Origin: Lachnospiraceae bacterium
GTDB taxonomy: Bacteria > Bacillota > Clostridia > Lachnospirales > Lachnospiraceae
Length of the DNA: 64,000 nucleotides
NCBI GenBank assembly: GCA_015056915.1
Contig: SVFK01000008.1
Location: 42,624-106,623, forward strand
Reading direction: 5' to 3'
Positions within the stretch are counted from its first letter, which is position 1. Every line of letters starts with the position of its first letter. The position numbers and the translations under genes are program-made. A model generated the notes under the pieces. It saw nothing but the letters and a program-made list of their open reading frames with translations, did not search any database and had not been told where the DNA came from. Below, piece by piece: positions 18,377 to 28,268 of this stretch.

Positions 18377-19546
18377 TTACAATTCCTTTAGCTGGATTCG
18401 CTTGGCAACACTTAGTACCAAACCAATCTCTGTCAGCAGAAACACTACCGACGAACCACCATAGCTGATAAAGGGTAAGGAAATACCTGTATTGGGTATG
18501 GTGTTGGTTACCACGGCAATGTTCAAAATTGCCTGAATCGCAATATGCCCCATAACACCAACCACCAGCAATGCGCCAAACAAATCAGGCGCATTATTGG
18601 CTATAATCATCATTCTCCACAGTAGCATAATGAACATTAAAATAATGGCTATGGCACCGAACAGACCTAATTCCTCACATATAATAGAGAAAATCATGTC
18701 ATTCTGTGCTTCCGGCAGGAAGCTTAGCTTCTGCATACTCTGACCCAGACCCTTACCCCATATTCCACCGCTTCCAATGGCATACAGAGCTTGCAAGGTC
18801 TGAAAGCCCTTATCCTGTGCCTGACTTTCAGGATCTAGCCATGCCTGAATTCTTGCACTACGGAAACCTTCCACACTGTCACCTGCATTGACGATTGTAA
18901 ATACCACCAATGCCACCGCCGCAGCTCCCAATAGACCCATGATAATAAATTTCTTATAATCAGGACTTGCCACAAATACCATAAACACTGCGATTCCTAA
19001 TACAATGATTGCAGAGCTCAGGTTATCCGTTACCTTCCAAATCATTAAAACAATGGGAAGAGGCACCACCAGCATCATAATGAAGCCCTTCATGCTTCGC
19101 ACACTTTTACCCATCTTACACACCAGCGAGGCCAAAAACAGTATCATACATAGCTTTGCCACCTCTGCCGGCTGCAGATTAAAACCAATACCAGGAATCT
19201 CAATCCAACGTCTTGCACCATGGGATTCCACACCCAAGGGGGTCATTACCAGCAAAATCAATCCTACAGATACTACATACCCAAACAAAGCAAATCTTTC
19301 CCAAAAATGATAAGGAATATTGGCAACCACAATCATTGCCACCAGACCTAATATATTGGCAATCAACTGCTTTTTCATGTAATAAGCTCCGTCATTAAAA
19401 TCATCAAAGGCTTCATAGGAGCTTGCGGAATATATCATAATCAGACCAAAACCTAACAAAAACAATACAATAAACAACAGACTGTAGTCAAAAAAGTATT
19501 CTGTTTGTTCCTTCCTTTTTCTTCTGACAATTCTCTGTGTAGCCAT
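18377..19546 (-). CDS. ftsW: SEDS peptidoglycan glycosyltransferase FtsW/SpoVE
   Basis: GARRWI, LQPAEVAK, AIGSGG, LPEAQNDMIFSIICEELG, LPFISYGGSS. Confidence 0.9.
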   Translation of the reverse strand: MATQRIVRRKRKEQTEYFFDYSLLFIVLFLLGFGLIMIYSASSYEAFDDFNDGAYYMKKQLIANILGLVAMIVVANIPYHFWERFALFGYVVSVGLILLVMTPLGVESHGARRWIEIPGIGFNLQPAEVAKLCMILFLASLVCKMGKSVRSMKGFIMMLVVPLPIVLMIWKVTDNLSSAIIVLGIAVFMVFVASPDYKKFIIMGLLGAAAVALVVFTIVNAGDSVEGFRSARIQAWLDPESQAQDKGFQTLQALYAIGSGGIWGKGLGQSMQKLSFLPEAQNDMIFSIICEELGLFGAIAIILMFIMLLWRMMIIANNAPDLFGALLVVGVMGHIAIQAILNIAVVTNTIPNTGISLPFISYGGSSVVFLLTEIGLVLSVAKRIQLKEL

Positions 19547-19604
19547 AGAGCACTAAGCTCTCCTTTCTATATCAATCAAATACGCTTTTGGAGACAGGTG
19601 CTCC

Positions 19605-20972
19605 CTAATCCGGCAAACCGTTCACGTACTCCTTAAACATTTTGCCGCGTATCTCATAATTGGGAAACATTCCCCAACTTGCACAAGCAGGTGATAACAG
19701 CACCGCATCTCCGCTTTCTGCCAATTCCGTGCACAGCTTCAGACATTCCTCAAAGGTATCTGCAAACTTAATATTGCTCATTCCATGTGCCCTTGCACAT
19801 TCTGCAATCTTCTCCCGTGTCTGCCCGATTAAAACAAGCCACTTCACTTTACCGTCAAAGCTTTCAATCCATTCATCATATTCGCTTTGCTTGTCATATC
19901 CGCCTCCAATAAGAATCGTTGGCTTACTCATGGCTTTAATTCCCTGAATGGCAGCATCGGGATTCGTACCCTTGGAATCGTTGTAATAATCAACGCCTTC
20001 CTTTGTAGCCACATACTCAATTCTGTGCTCCACTGCCCGGAATTTCTTAATCACGGATAATATGGTGGTCATCGGAACCGCCATGCCCTCTGCAATGGCA
20101 ATGGCAGCCATCACATTCTCAACATTACACATTCCCACCAGCTTCATATCCAAATAGATATTCAGTAATTCTTCTACTACTCCGCCCTTGCTTTTGACAA
20201 TTCTATCCCCGCTTAGATAATAGCCCTCTTTCAGACTTTCTCGCGAGGAAAAGAATACAACCTTAGCCGGACAGCTTTGAGCAAATGCTCTCGTATATTC
20301 GTTATCATAATTTAAGACACAAATATCCTCCCGGTTCTGACAGGAAGCAATAGCTTCCTTGGCAGCGGCATATGCTTCCATAGTATGATGTCGATTCAGA
20401 TGATCCGGCGTGATGTTTAATATCGCCGATACCGCAGGATGGAAGGTATGTATGGTCTCAAGCTGAAAGGAGCTGATTTCACCTACCGTTACGGTATCCT
20501 CTTTGGTTTTCATACTCTCCAGAGTATAGGGCATACCGATATTGCCTACCACGAAGGTTTTGTCCGCACCGAAATGTGCTTTCATGATTTCTCCCACAAG
20601 GGTAGTGGTCGTGGTCTTGCCATTAGTACCGGTAATCGCAACAACACGTCCTTTCTCTGCAAGATATCCCAATTCAATCTCACCGATTATTCGAACGCCT
20701 CTTTCACGCATTCTGTTTACCAACGGTATATCCGTAGGAACACCGGGGCTTAACACTGCTACCTGAATGCTCTCCTCCACTTCAATCGGCAGGGTGCCCG
20801 TAATACAGACAGCCTTACTTCCCTCAGGCAGCTTAGCCTCCACCTCTTCCTTTGTCAGCTTTTCATTACTGTCATACAGTATAATATCCGCATGAAACTC
20901 TTCTAAAAGGCTTACTGCACCGATTCCACTGATTCCGGAACCGACCACCAAACACTTTTGTCCTTCCAACAT
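19605..20972 (-). CDS. murD: UDP-MurNAc-L-Ala--D-Glu ligase
   Basis: AITGTNGKTTTT, EISSFQLE, NITPDHLNRH, NDSKGTN, LLSPACASW. Confidence 0.96.
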   Translation of the reverse strand: MLEGQKCLVVGSGISGIGAVSLLEEFHADIILYDSNEKLTKEEVEAKLPEGSKAVCITGTLPIEVEESIQVAVLSPGVPTDIPLVNRMRERGVRIIGEIELGYLAEKGRVVAITGTNGKTTTTTLVGEIMKAHFGADKTFVVGNIGMPYTLESMKTKEDTVTVGEISSFQLETIHTFHPAVSAILNITPDHLNRHHTMEAYAAAKEAIASCQNREDICVLNYDNEYTRAFAQSCPAKVVFFSSRESLKEGYYLSGDRIVKSKGGVVEELLNIYLDMKLVGMCNVENVMAAIAIAEGMAVPMTTILSVIKKFRAVEHRIEYVATKEGVDYYNDSKGTNPDAAIQGIKAMSKPTILIGGGYDKQSEYDEWIESFDGKVKWLVLIGQTREKIAECARAHGMSNIKFADTFEECLKLCTELAESGDAVLLSPACASWGMFPNYEIRGKMFKEYVNGLPD

Positions 20973-20982
20973 ATCTTTCCTC

Positions 20983-21954
20983 CTAATCTAATCCCATTAA
21001 AGCCACCAGACACATAATTGCCGTAGTAATGGTAAAAACCGCAACGACCTTTGTCTCTGACCAGCCACACAATTCAAAATGGTGATGCAATGGCGCCATT
21101 TTCAGCAAACGTCTGCCACCGCTTATTTTATAAAAGCTTACTTGAAGCATTACTGACAGTACTTCAATCAGATACACAATTCCGACAATCGCAATATACA
21201 GGGGCATCTGTAACACATAAGCACACGCAACCACAAAACCTCCCAGCGCCAGAGAACCGGTATCTCCCATAAAGACAGAGGCCGGATGCACATTAAACAG
21301 CAGAAAACCCAACAACGCCCCTGCCACTGCACAGGTAATGGGTTCAATACCACTCTCTGTACCGATAGCCACCACCGTAAAAAATACTGCTACTATCACA
21401 GTGACACTTCCGGCAAGCCCATCCAGTCCATCCGTAAAATTCGTACCATTTACGGTTCCTAACACAACAAAAAATAATATCGGCAGATTCCAAATGCCAA
21501 AATCTATGTATTGTCCTACCATAAAAGGAATCTTCATTGCCAGACTAATATCCGTAAAAGCATGTAAGTAATAAGCAAAGATTCCGGTTACTACCAACTG
21601 CCCTGCCATCTTCTGCAATGGAGTGAGACCCTCGGAACGCTTGCAGACCACCTTGATATAATCATCCAGGAAGCCTATCAATCCAAATCCGGCTGTCATA
21701 AAAAGAATGGGAGCCATCTTAGGATAATCCTCCACAAACACCATTGATGTTACAATCACGCTAAACAAAATCAGAATGCCTCCCATGGTAGGGGTTCCAC
21801 TCTTTTTCAAATGCGTCTGCGGTCCGTCATCCCTGACAGTCTGCCCACATTTCAGTTTTCGAAGAAACGGAATCACTATAGGCGCCGCCATGGCGGTAAC
21901 AGCAAAAGACAGTGCTAAGGACCAAATACTTACATTGCTTATAAACTCTTTCAT
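20983..21954 (-). CDS. mraY: Phospho-N-acetylmuramoyl-pentapeptide transferase
   Basis: GTPTMGG, GFLDDYIK, NFTDGLDGLA, VFMGDTGS, MAPLHHHFE. Confidence 0.97.
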   Translation of the reverse strand: MKEFISNVSIWSLALSFAVTAMAAPIVIPFLRKLKCGQTVRDDGPQTHLKKSGTPTMGGILILFSVIVTSMVFVEDYPKMAPILFMTAGFGLIGFLDDYIKVVCKRSEGLTPLQKMAGQLVVTGIFAYYLHAFTDISLAMKIPFMVGQYIDFGIWNLPILFFVVLGTVNGTNFTDGLDGLAGSVTVIVAVFFTVVAIGTESGIEPITCAVAGALLGFLLFNVHPASVFMGDTGSLALGGFVVACAYVLQMPLYIAIVGIVYLIEVLSVMLQVSFYKISGGRRLLKMAPLHHHFELCGWSETKVVAVFTITTAIMCLVALMGLD

Positions 21955-23687
21955 TGATTATACTCCATTATTCCCAAATACGGAAGAATATTTTCAAAAA
22001 GCTGTCTGATAATCGGTGCAGCCACCTGACCACCATAATAAATTCCCTGGGGATTGTTTACAATAGCAATGGCAATCACCTGCGGGTCATCTGCCGGTGC
22101 GAAGCCTATAAAAGAAGCGATGTACCGCCCGCTTCCTCGCGGCAGTGTCTGGCTGGTAGCTGTCTTACCGCCCACCCGGAAGCCCTCTACCTTCCCGTTA
22201 ATTCCTCCGCCCTCGGATACCACCATTTCCAGCATTTCCCGCATAGTGGCACCGGTTTCCTCCGATACAATGCCTTCCTGCACCGGATAGGAAAAGGTTT
22301 CCACCACATTGCCCTGTGTATCAAGTGCACTGACTCCGAAATGAGGTGTAATACGTTTTCCTCCATTGATAATGGAAGAGGCAGTTGTCAACAGCTGCAT
22401 TGGTGTAATCTGAAAGGACTGACCAAAGGACACCGTAGCCAGTTCCACATTACCCATATCCTCCTTTTTGTGCATAATGGTTCCTGCCTCACCGGGCAGG
22501 TCTATTCCAGTCTTTTGCTTGAGACCAAATTCCTCAAAATAGCGATAATAATTATCCACACCCAGACGTAAGCCTACTGTGATAAATACCGGATTACAGG
22601 AATTCATGGTTGCATGGGTAAAATCTTCACTTCCATGTCCCGCCACCTTATGACAACGAATTTTTCTGTCATCCACCACGATATAGCCGGGACAGCTAAA
22701 GGAGCTTTCCGGTGTCACCACACCTTCCTCGAGTCCTGCCGCAGCTGTTATAATCTTGAAGGTAGAGCCCGGCTCATAGGTATCATTAATACACGCATTT
22801 CTCCAAATACCGTTTAACAAATTCTGTTTTTCCTCGGAGGAGATAGTCTCAGCGGTTCCCTCCGGCAGCTCATAGGGATTGTTCAAGTCAAACTCCGGCA
22901 CATTGACCATTGCATACAACTCACCGTTTTGAGGATTCATCACAATAATAGATACACTGTCTGCCTGTTTGGTTTCCATAGCCTGCATAGCAAGCTGCGT
23001 GGCATATTCCTGAATATTTCTATCCATGCTGATGCTCAAATCATTTCCCGGAACAGGCTCCAGTCTTCTCTCTCCGGCTTCATCCACTTCGATACCCTTG
23101 GCATCTGTCACTGTGAGAATAGTCCCTGCTTCCCCCTGAAGAATCTCCTCGTAAACAACCTCCAAACCAATAATTCCCTGGTTGTCTCCTCCGGTAAATC
23201 CCAGCACCTTGCTTGCAAGCTCTCCATATGGATAATAGCGCTTATAATCCTCATCCACCTTCACCCCTGCCAGATCATACTCTCTGATACGGTCACCGGT
23301 AGCTTTGTCCACATTGCTTTTGATACGCTCCATAGAGGTATATTTTTCAACCCTCTCCTGAACATACTCCTCGGACAATTCAAGCTCCCTGCTAAGAACC
23401 TCTATCACCTCTTGAGGATTTTCAATCTGGTTGTGAATGACTGAAATGGTACAAACTGTCTTATTATCAGCCAGTACCGTTCCGTTTCTATCCAAAATCC
23501 TGCCCCTTGCCGCCTTAATGCTTCGTTCCCTTTCGTGAAGCTGCGTGGCAAGCTCGGAATAATAATCCGCCCGCCAGACCATGAGGTACACGAGTCTTCC
23601 GAAAAGGAAGAGCAGTATAGCGGCACAGATTACAAAAATAATGATAATCTTCTTTCTATGAAATATTTTATTGTTGTTTGTAAACAT
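21951..23687 (-). CDS. spoVD: SpoVD-like class B penicillin-binding protein (no PASTA domains)
   Basis: RGRILDRNG, KRYYPYG, YEPGSTFK, SCN, GGKTATSQ; second PBP of the dcw cluster. Start placed at ATG 23687 behind GAGG; the track start is 23699. Confidence 0.8.
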   Translation of the reverse strand: MFTNNNKIFHRKKIIIIFVICAAILLFLFGRLVYLMVWRADYYSELATQLHERERSIKAARGRILDRNGTVLADNKTVCTISVIHNQIENPQEVIEVLSRELELSEEYVQERVEKYTSMERIKSNVDKATGDRIREYDLAGVKVDEDYKRYYPYGELASKVLGFTGGDNQGIIGLEVVYEEILQGEAGTILTVTDAKGIEVDEAGERRLEPVPGNDLSISMDRNIQEYATQLAMQAMETKQADSVSIIVMNPQNGELYAMVNVPEFDLNNPYELPEGTAETISSEEKQNLLNGIWRNACINDTYEPGSTFKIITAAAGLEEGVVTPESSFSCPGYIVVDDRKIRCHKVAGHGSEDFTHATMNSCNPVFITVGLRLGVDNYYRYFEEFGLKQKTGIDLPGEAGTIMHKKEDMGNVELATVSFGQSFQITPMQLLTTASSIINGGKRITPHFGVSALDTQGNVVETFSYPVQEGIVSEETGATMREMLEMVVSEGGGINGKVEGFRVGGKTATSQTLPRGSGRYIASFIGFAPADDPQVIAIAIVNNPQGIYYGGQVAAPIIRQLFENILPYLGIMEYNQ

Positions 23688-23759
23688 ACGAAACCTCATA
23701 AAAAGGGTTTATATACTCTATTCCCATTTTTATGAGGTTATTCGTTTCTTGCGTATGTT
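23683..23759 (-). promoter_or_regulatory. sigma-E-like promoter nested in an RBS-sequestering inverted repeat upstream of spoVD
   Basis: GAATA-16 nt-AATAGAGT on the minus strand; 13-bp perfect inverted repeat 23692-23704 / 23727-23739. Confidence 0.55.
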
Positions 23760-25988
23760 CTAATCGGTATCTATCTGTTGCTCCAACAAATTATCATTTA
23801 CCGGAATATCGCTGCCCAACGCACTGAAGCTACTGTCTATCGGGTCGCCAGTATCCGGATCAAGTTGCGCACCGGTATCAGGATGTATGCGATTGCCGGT
23901 TGTCGGATCAATCGGATAACTCATCCATACCGGAAGATTATTTCCTGTGCTCTGCGAATCTTCTCCAGTTATATTTTCGTCGCCCTCGCCTTGCAACTCT
24001 TCCAGAGCATCCTCCTCCGGTTTTTCCGTATACATATTGGTAATCTCCAGCTTCAATGCCTCCAGTTGCGCAATTTCATCCTCACTGAGTTCTTCTGTCA
24101 TGAAAATATTCAGATAGGGAAGAACCTCCGTGAGTATATTTCTTACGATTACTGTGGCAAATCTGGCATTGTCCTGCTTTTCTGCATTAGGTCTGTCCAC
24201 CACTACATAGATAGCAATCTCCGGATCATCAGCAGGTGCATGTCCCATAAAGGATACTACATACTCTCCGTTTTCACGGGGAATGGTCTCTGCCGTACCT
24301 GTCTTACCTCCGATAGCATAGCCTGCGGGTCTCGCAGTCCATCCTGTACCACCGTCCTCCATTACAACAGCACGGCAGTATTCACGAATCAATTCGGATG
24401 TAGACTCTGAAACAGTCTGCTTTAAGACTCTTGGCTCAATATTTTCTATGGTTGCACCATTCGTATTGGTAATCTTATCTACCATATGCGGTTCATAATA
24501 ATATCCTCCATTAATCAGAGAGCAATATCCTGCTATCATCTGAATCATGGTAACATTAAAACTCTGACCAAAGCTGTTGGTCGCAAGATCAACAGGCTTC
24601 ATGGTGTCTGCTGTATATACCAGACTATCCGTTCGTGATTCTCCGGCAAGGTCAATATTGGTTTTCAATCCAAAATTAAATACCTGTTGGAAATCACAGA
24701 AATCCTCCGCCCCCAAAGCCTGGGCAATTCTCATTAGTGCCACATTACAGGACCATGCTACTGCATTCTTTACCGTAACATCACCCTCGCCACCATATAA
24801 GATACTGTGACAGCCGATGGTATGTCCACCCACCTCCAAAGAACCATTACAGGTATAATGCTCATTGCCGGTGATTGCACCGCTTTCCAAAGCCGCTGCG
24901 ACCGTGAAAGGCTTCATGGTGGAGCCGGGCTCATAGGTACTGGAAATACAATAATTCTTCCACAGATTATTCAGATTTACCATAATCTGATCCTCTGTCA
25001 TGGCATCGATAACTTCCTGGGTAATCACAGTATCTGTCTTATTCAACACCTGATAGCCGTTGGCATTGGTTACCATTTCCACCATGGGAGAACCAAGCAA
25101 GGTATCTGTGTTTCTGGTATCATTCAAATCAAAGGTAGGATAATTCGCCATTCCGAGAATCTTGCCGGTTTTCACTTCCATTATAATACAAGCTACATTT
25201 TCTGCTCCGTTGCCCGGATAGGCTGCATTTTTATATTCTTCATTAAACTGCTTCAAGTACTTTTCTATAATACTTTGAATATTAGCATCTATCGTGCTAT
25301 GTACAATATTGCCATCCACCGCAGGCTTAATGGTACGTTCTAAATCGGAATCGTCATTCAAATATCCGTATTCTCTGCCGGGAGTACCGTTTAAGGTATC
25401 ATTATAATACTCCTCCAAACCAAACATTCCCTGGTTGTCGCTTCTTGTATATCCGATTACATCTGCAGCAAGAGAGCCGTTTGGATATACTCGCTTATAT
25501 TCCTCCTCAAACCATACACCTTTAATATTATTATCTTCTAATTGTGCCGCCTGAAATCCACTGATTTGGTCATAGCTCAACTGTCTAAGCGGCACGTACC
25601 ATGAAGATTCCGGATGAGATATCACATACTGACGAATAGCTGTCATGTCAAGCTCCGGGAAATTAGCCGCCAAAGCCTGCAATGTAGGCTCCAGGTATTC
25701 TTCCCGGTACAACATTACATAGGAGTCAATGACAAGATTATACACCTTTTCACTGACAGCCAGCTTTGTCCCCTTGGCATCAACAATATCGCCCCGCTTA
25801 AAAGGAAGCGTGGTTGAATCGTACCGCTGCTGGGATAACACCTGCTTTTGGTACTGGATTCCCTTCTCCTTGTTAATCCAGAGAAGTCTTCCGCTCAGCA
25901 CAATAAACCCCAGCAATATAAGTGCAAACAGCCACAATAGCTTCTTTTGCATTCTTATTGTAAATTTTTGGTTTTTCTGCTCCTTCAC
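23760..25988 (-). CDS. Class B penicillin-binding protein (FtsI/PBP2B-like) with an acidic C-terminal tail
   Basis: KRGDIVDAKG, KRVYPNG, YEPGSTMK, SCN, GGKTGTAE; follows ftsL. Confidence 0.9.
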   Translation of the reverse strand: MKEQKNQKFTIRMQKKLLWLFALILLGFIVLSGRLLWINKEKGIQYQKQVLSQQRYDSTTLPFKRGDIVDAKGTKLAVSEKVYNLVIDSYVMLYREEYLEPTLQALAANFPELDMTAIRQYVISHPESSWYVPLRQLSYDQISGFQAAQLEDNNIKGVWFEEEYKRVYPNGSLAADVIGYTRSDNQGMFGLEEYYNDTLNGTPGREYGYLNDDSDLERTIKPAVDGNIVHSTIDANIQSIIEKYLKQFNEEYKNAAYPGNGAENVACIIMEVKTGKILGMANYPTFDLNDTRNTDTLLGSPMVEMVTNANGYQVLNKTDTVITQEVIDAMTEDQIMVNLNNLWKNYCISSTYEPGSTMKPFTVAAALESGAITGNEHYTCNGSLEVGGHTIGCHSILYGGEGDVTVKNAVAWSCNVALMRIAQALGAEDFCDFQQVFNFGLKTNIDLAGESRTDSLVYTADTMKPVDLATNSFGQSFNVTMIQMIAGYCSLINGGYYYEPHMVDKITNTNGATIENIEPRVLKQTVSESTSELIREYCRAVVMEDGGTGWTARPAGYAIGGKTGTAETIPRENGEYVVSFMGHAPADDPEIAIYVVVDRPNAEKQDNARFATVIVRNILTEVLPYLNIFMTEELSEDEIAQLEALKLEITNMYTEKPEEDALEELQGEGDENITGEDSQSTGNNLPVWMSYPIDPTTGNRIHPDTGAQLDPDTGDPIDSSFSALGSDIPVNDNLLEQQIDTD

Positions 25989-25997
25989 ATTACACCT

Positions 25998-26510
25998 CTA
26001 ATTCGTTTCATTCGACACACGTCGCATGTAGTCATTTCCTTCATTGGTATAGGAAATAATCTGACCTTCCTCAGCATAAACCATTCCCAATTCTCCGATT
26101 GCAATGCGTTTGATTTGCTCCAAATCAATACTGCTTGTAATTCTGCTGTACTCCTCGTCATTGGCTAAACGCATGGAATTCAATTCGCTCTCAAGGATTG
26201 CCACTTCCTGCCTCTTGTTGGTAAGCTCAGCCTGTAACTGAACATAATTAATCAAAACCATACCACAAGCAAACAAAGCACCCACTAAAAATGCCACATA
26301 GCCAAAGCTCATGTGACGAGCCTTTTCTCTGTTCTTGCGGGTCTCATTGCTCAGTTGCCTTCTGGGTGCCTCCTCCAGTTGTCTTTGAACCTGCAAATCC
26401 CGTGCGGTATTATCATAAATATAGGCAGAATGTGCCCTTCTGTTTCCCGTATTTCTATTGTATGAATTTCTGTTTGTGCGGCTTGTGCCACTTCTTCTTG
26501 TCTGCGCCAT
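25998..26510 (-). CDS. ftsL: Cell division protein FtsL-like
   Basis: Basic N-terminus, single TM, coiled coil, IKRIAIGELGM; lies between rsmH and the PBP. Confidence 0.8.
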   Translation of the reverse strand: MAQTRRSGTSRTNRNSYNRNTGNRRAHSAYIYDNTARDLQVQRQLEEAPRRQLSNETRKNREKARHMSFGYVAFLVGALFACGMVLINYVQLQAELTNKRQEVAILESELNSMRLANDEEYSRITSSIDLEQIKRIAIGELGMVYAEEGQIISYTNEGNDYMRRVSNETN

Positions 26511-26573
26511 AGAAATCGCCTACTTTCCTCAATTCTTTCTATACAAATATCAGCTGTTGCTCACAGCTTTATC

Positions 26574-27503
26574 TTAGTGCTTTTCAAATACTCGAAGCTT
26601 TGCACTCTTAGAGCGACTGTTCTCTTCCAATTCCTCCTCGCTGGGAAGTATGGGTTTTCGAGTAATTACCTTTCCCTTTGATGCCTTGCCACACACACAT
26701 ACCGGAAATTCCGGCGGACAGGTACAGGGGTTTTCATTCTTTTTAAAAGCCGCCTTTACTATTCTGTCCTCCAAGGAATGGAATGTGATAATACAAAATC
26801 TTCCCCCGGGATTCAATAAATCAATCAAATCGTCCAACGAATTGCGTAACACCTCAAGCTCCCTGTTGCATTCGATACGGATTGCCTGAAAGGTCTGCTT
26901 AGAGGGATGACTGTTCTGTCTGAATTTTGCGGGAATTGCCGCCTTGATTATCTCATTCAATTCAAAGGTAGTCTCAATGGGCTTGTCCGCCCTCGCTCTT
27001 ACAATATGCTTGGCAATGTTTTTGGCAAAGGAATCCTCGCCGTAATCACGAATAACGCGGAAAAGCTCCATTTCGGAGTAGTTGTTTACAATATCCCTTG
27101 CCGTCAGAGACTGTCTGCGGTCCATGCGCATATCAAGTGCTGCATCATAACGATAAGAAAAGCCTCTCTCCTCCGTATCAAGCTGATAAGAGGATACGCC
27201 CAAATCAAGCACAATACCGTCCACACCGTTTACGCCCATCTCCTGCAATGCCACCTTGGCATTACAATAGTTGTTGCGCAATATAGTCACCTTGTCCCCA
27301 AAAACGGACAGTTTCTCCCCTGCTGCAGCAATAGCCGCATCATCCTGGTCAATTCCGTAGAAATGTCCCCCTGTCAGCCGCTTACATACCTCAAAGGCAT
27401 GTCCACCGCCGCCAAGCGTACCATCCACATAAATGCCGTCCGGTTTTATATTAAGTTCTTTAATTGTTTCCGTAAGCAACACGGAATAATGCTTAAACTC
27501 CAT
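26574..27503 (-). CDS. rsmH: 16S rRNA m4C1402 methyltransferase RsmH
   Basis: [48 protein letters not shown]. Confidence 0.97.
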   Translation of the reverse strand: MEFKHYSVLLTETIKELNIKPDGIYVDGTLGGGGHAFEVCKRLTGGHFYGIDQDDAAIAAAGEKLSVFGDKVTILRNNYCNAKVALQEMGVNGVDGIVLDLGVSSYQLDTEERGFSYRYDAALDMRMDRRQSLTARDIVNNYSEMELFRVIRDYGEDSFAKNIAKHIVRARADKPIETTFELNEIIKAAIPAKFRQNSHPSKQTFQAIRIECNRELEVLRNSLDDLIDLLNPGGRFCIITFHSLEDRIVKAAFKKNENPCTCPPEFPVCVCGKASKGKVITRKPILPSEEELEENSRSKSAKLRVFEKH

Positions 27504-27520
27504 CCGGCACTTCCTCTACC

Positions 27521-27952
27521 TTAAATCGTAAGTCCCAATCCTTCCATAGCGGCTGTAATATCATCCATGTCTGCATCCTCACTTATGGTATCCCACTTCT
27601 CCTTGCTCCAGATTTCAACACGGCTGCCTACACCCACCAGTACAATATCCTTATCCAAACCGGCAAACTCTCTCAAATGAGCCGGCAAAAGTATTCTGCC
27701 CTGCTTGTCCAATTCTACCTGTGCAGCTCCTGCCAGGAAGAAACGTGCAAATTGTCTTGCTTCCTTGTTAATCAAGGGTAATGAGGTCAGTTTCTGTTCA
27801 AAAGCATTCCAATCTCCATTGGCGTACACAAATAAGCAGCCATCCATTCCTTTGGAAACCACAAATTCCTGCCCAAGTGTGTCACGGAATTTTGCCGGAA
27901 TGATCAACCTGCCTTTTGTATCAATCGTATGGTTGTACTCGCTCATAAACAT
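27521..27952 (-). CDS. mraZ: Transcriptional regulator MraZ
   Basis: MFMSEYNHTIDTKGRLIIPAKFR, DKQGRILLP, VEIWS. Confidence 0.96.
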   Translation of the reverse strand: MFMSEYNHTIDTKGRLIIPAKFRDTLGQEFVVSKGMDGCLFVYANGDWNAFEQKLTSLPLINKEARQFARFFLAGAAQVELDKQGRILLPAHLREFAGLDKDIVLVGVGSRVEIWSKEKWDTISEDADMDDITAAMEGLGLTI

Positions 27953-28020
27953 TGCACTCACCACCAATCAAAATGGGTCTGCCACGAAAGTGCGATTCAG
28001 CTTACTATCACAAACTTTTC

Positions 28021-28095
28021 CACCACTTCGTGACACTTCGCTCCACTTTCACCCACTTTTATCATGATTTTAATATAAAATAATAGATTTTACAA
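28021..28095 (-). promoter_or_regulatory. dcw promoter with MraZ-binding repeats
   Basis: Four AAGTG(G/T) repeats at 10-bp period (28021-28060), just downstream of TTGTAA-17 nt-TAAAAT (28095-28067). Confidence 0.8.
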
Positions 28096-28132
28096 GTAAA
28101 ATCAAGCAAGTTTTTTTGACAGGCAGATACAC

Positions 28133-28169
28133 AAAAAGCGCCTTTTGCATACGCAAAAGACGCTTTTTT
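28133..28169 (-). terminator. Terminator after lgt
   Basis: AAAAAGCG.CTTTTGC-4 nt-GCAAAAG.CGCTTTTT hairpin with T-runs. Confidence 0.8.
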
Positions 28170-28268
28170 CATCGACAAATACAATATATAGTAGAAAAGA
28201 AATTGACTGCATACCAAATATCTGACACATATCGCGCTCAATTTCCAAAAATTTCTTTAAAATTTTTT

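Noticed and set aside
15038-19546. Absence of ftsA and murG from the dcw cluster, and of rpe/thiN after rsgA
   Set aside because: Gene-order variation is common in clostridia, and one window cannot show loss from the genome.
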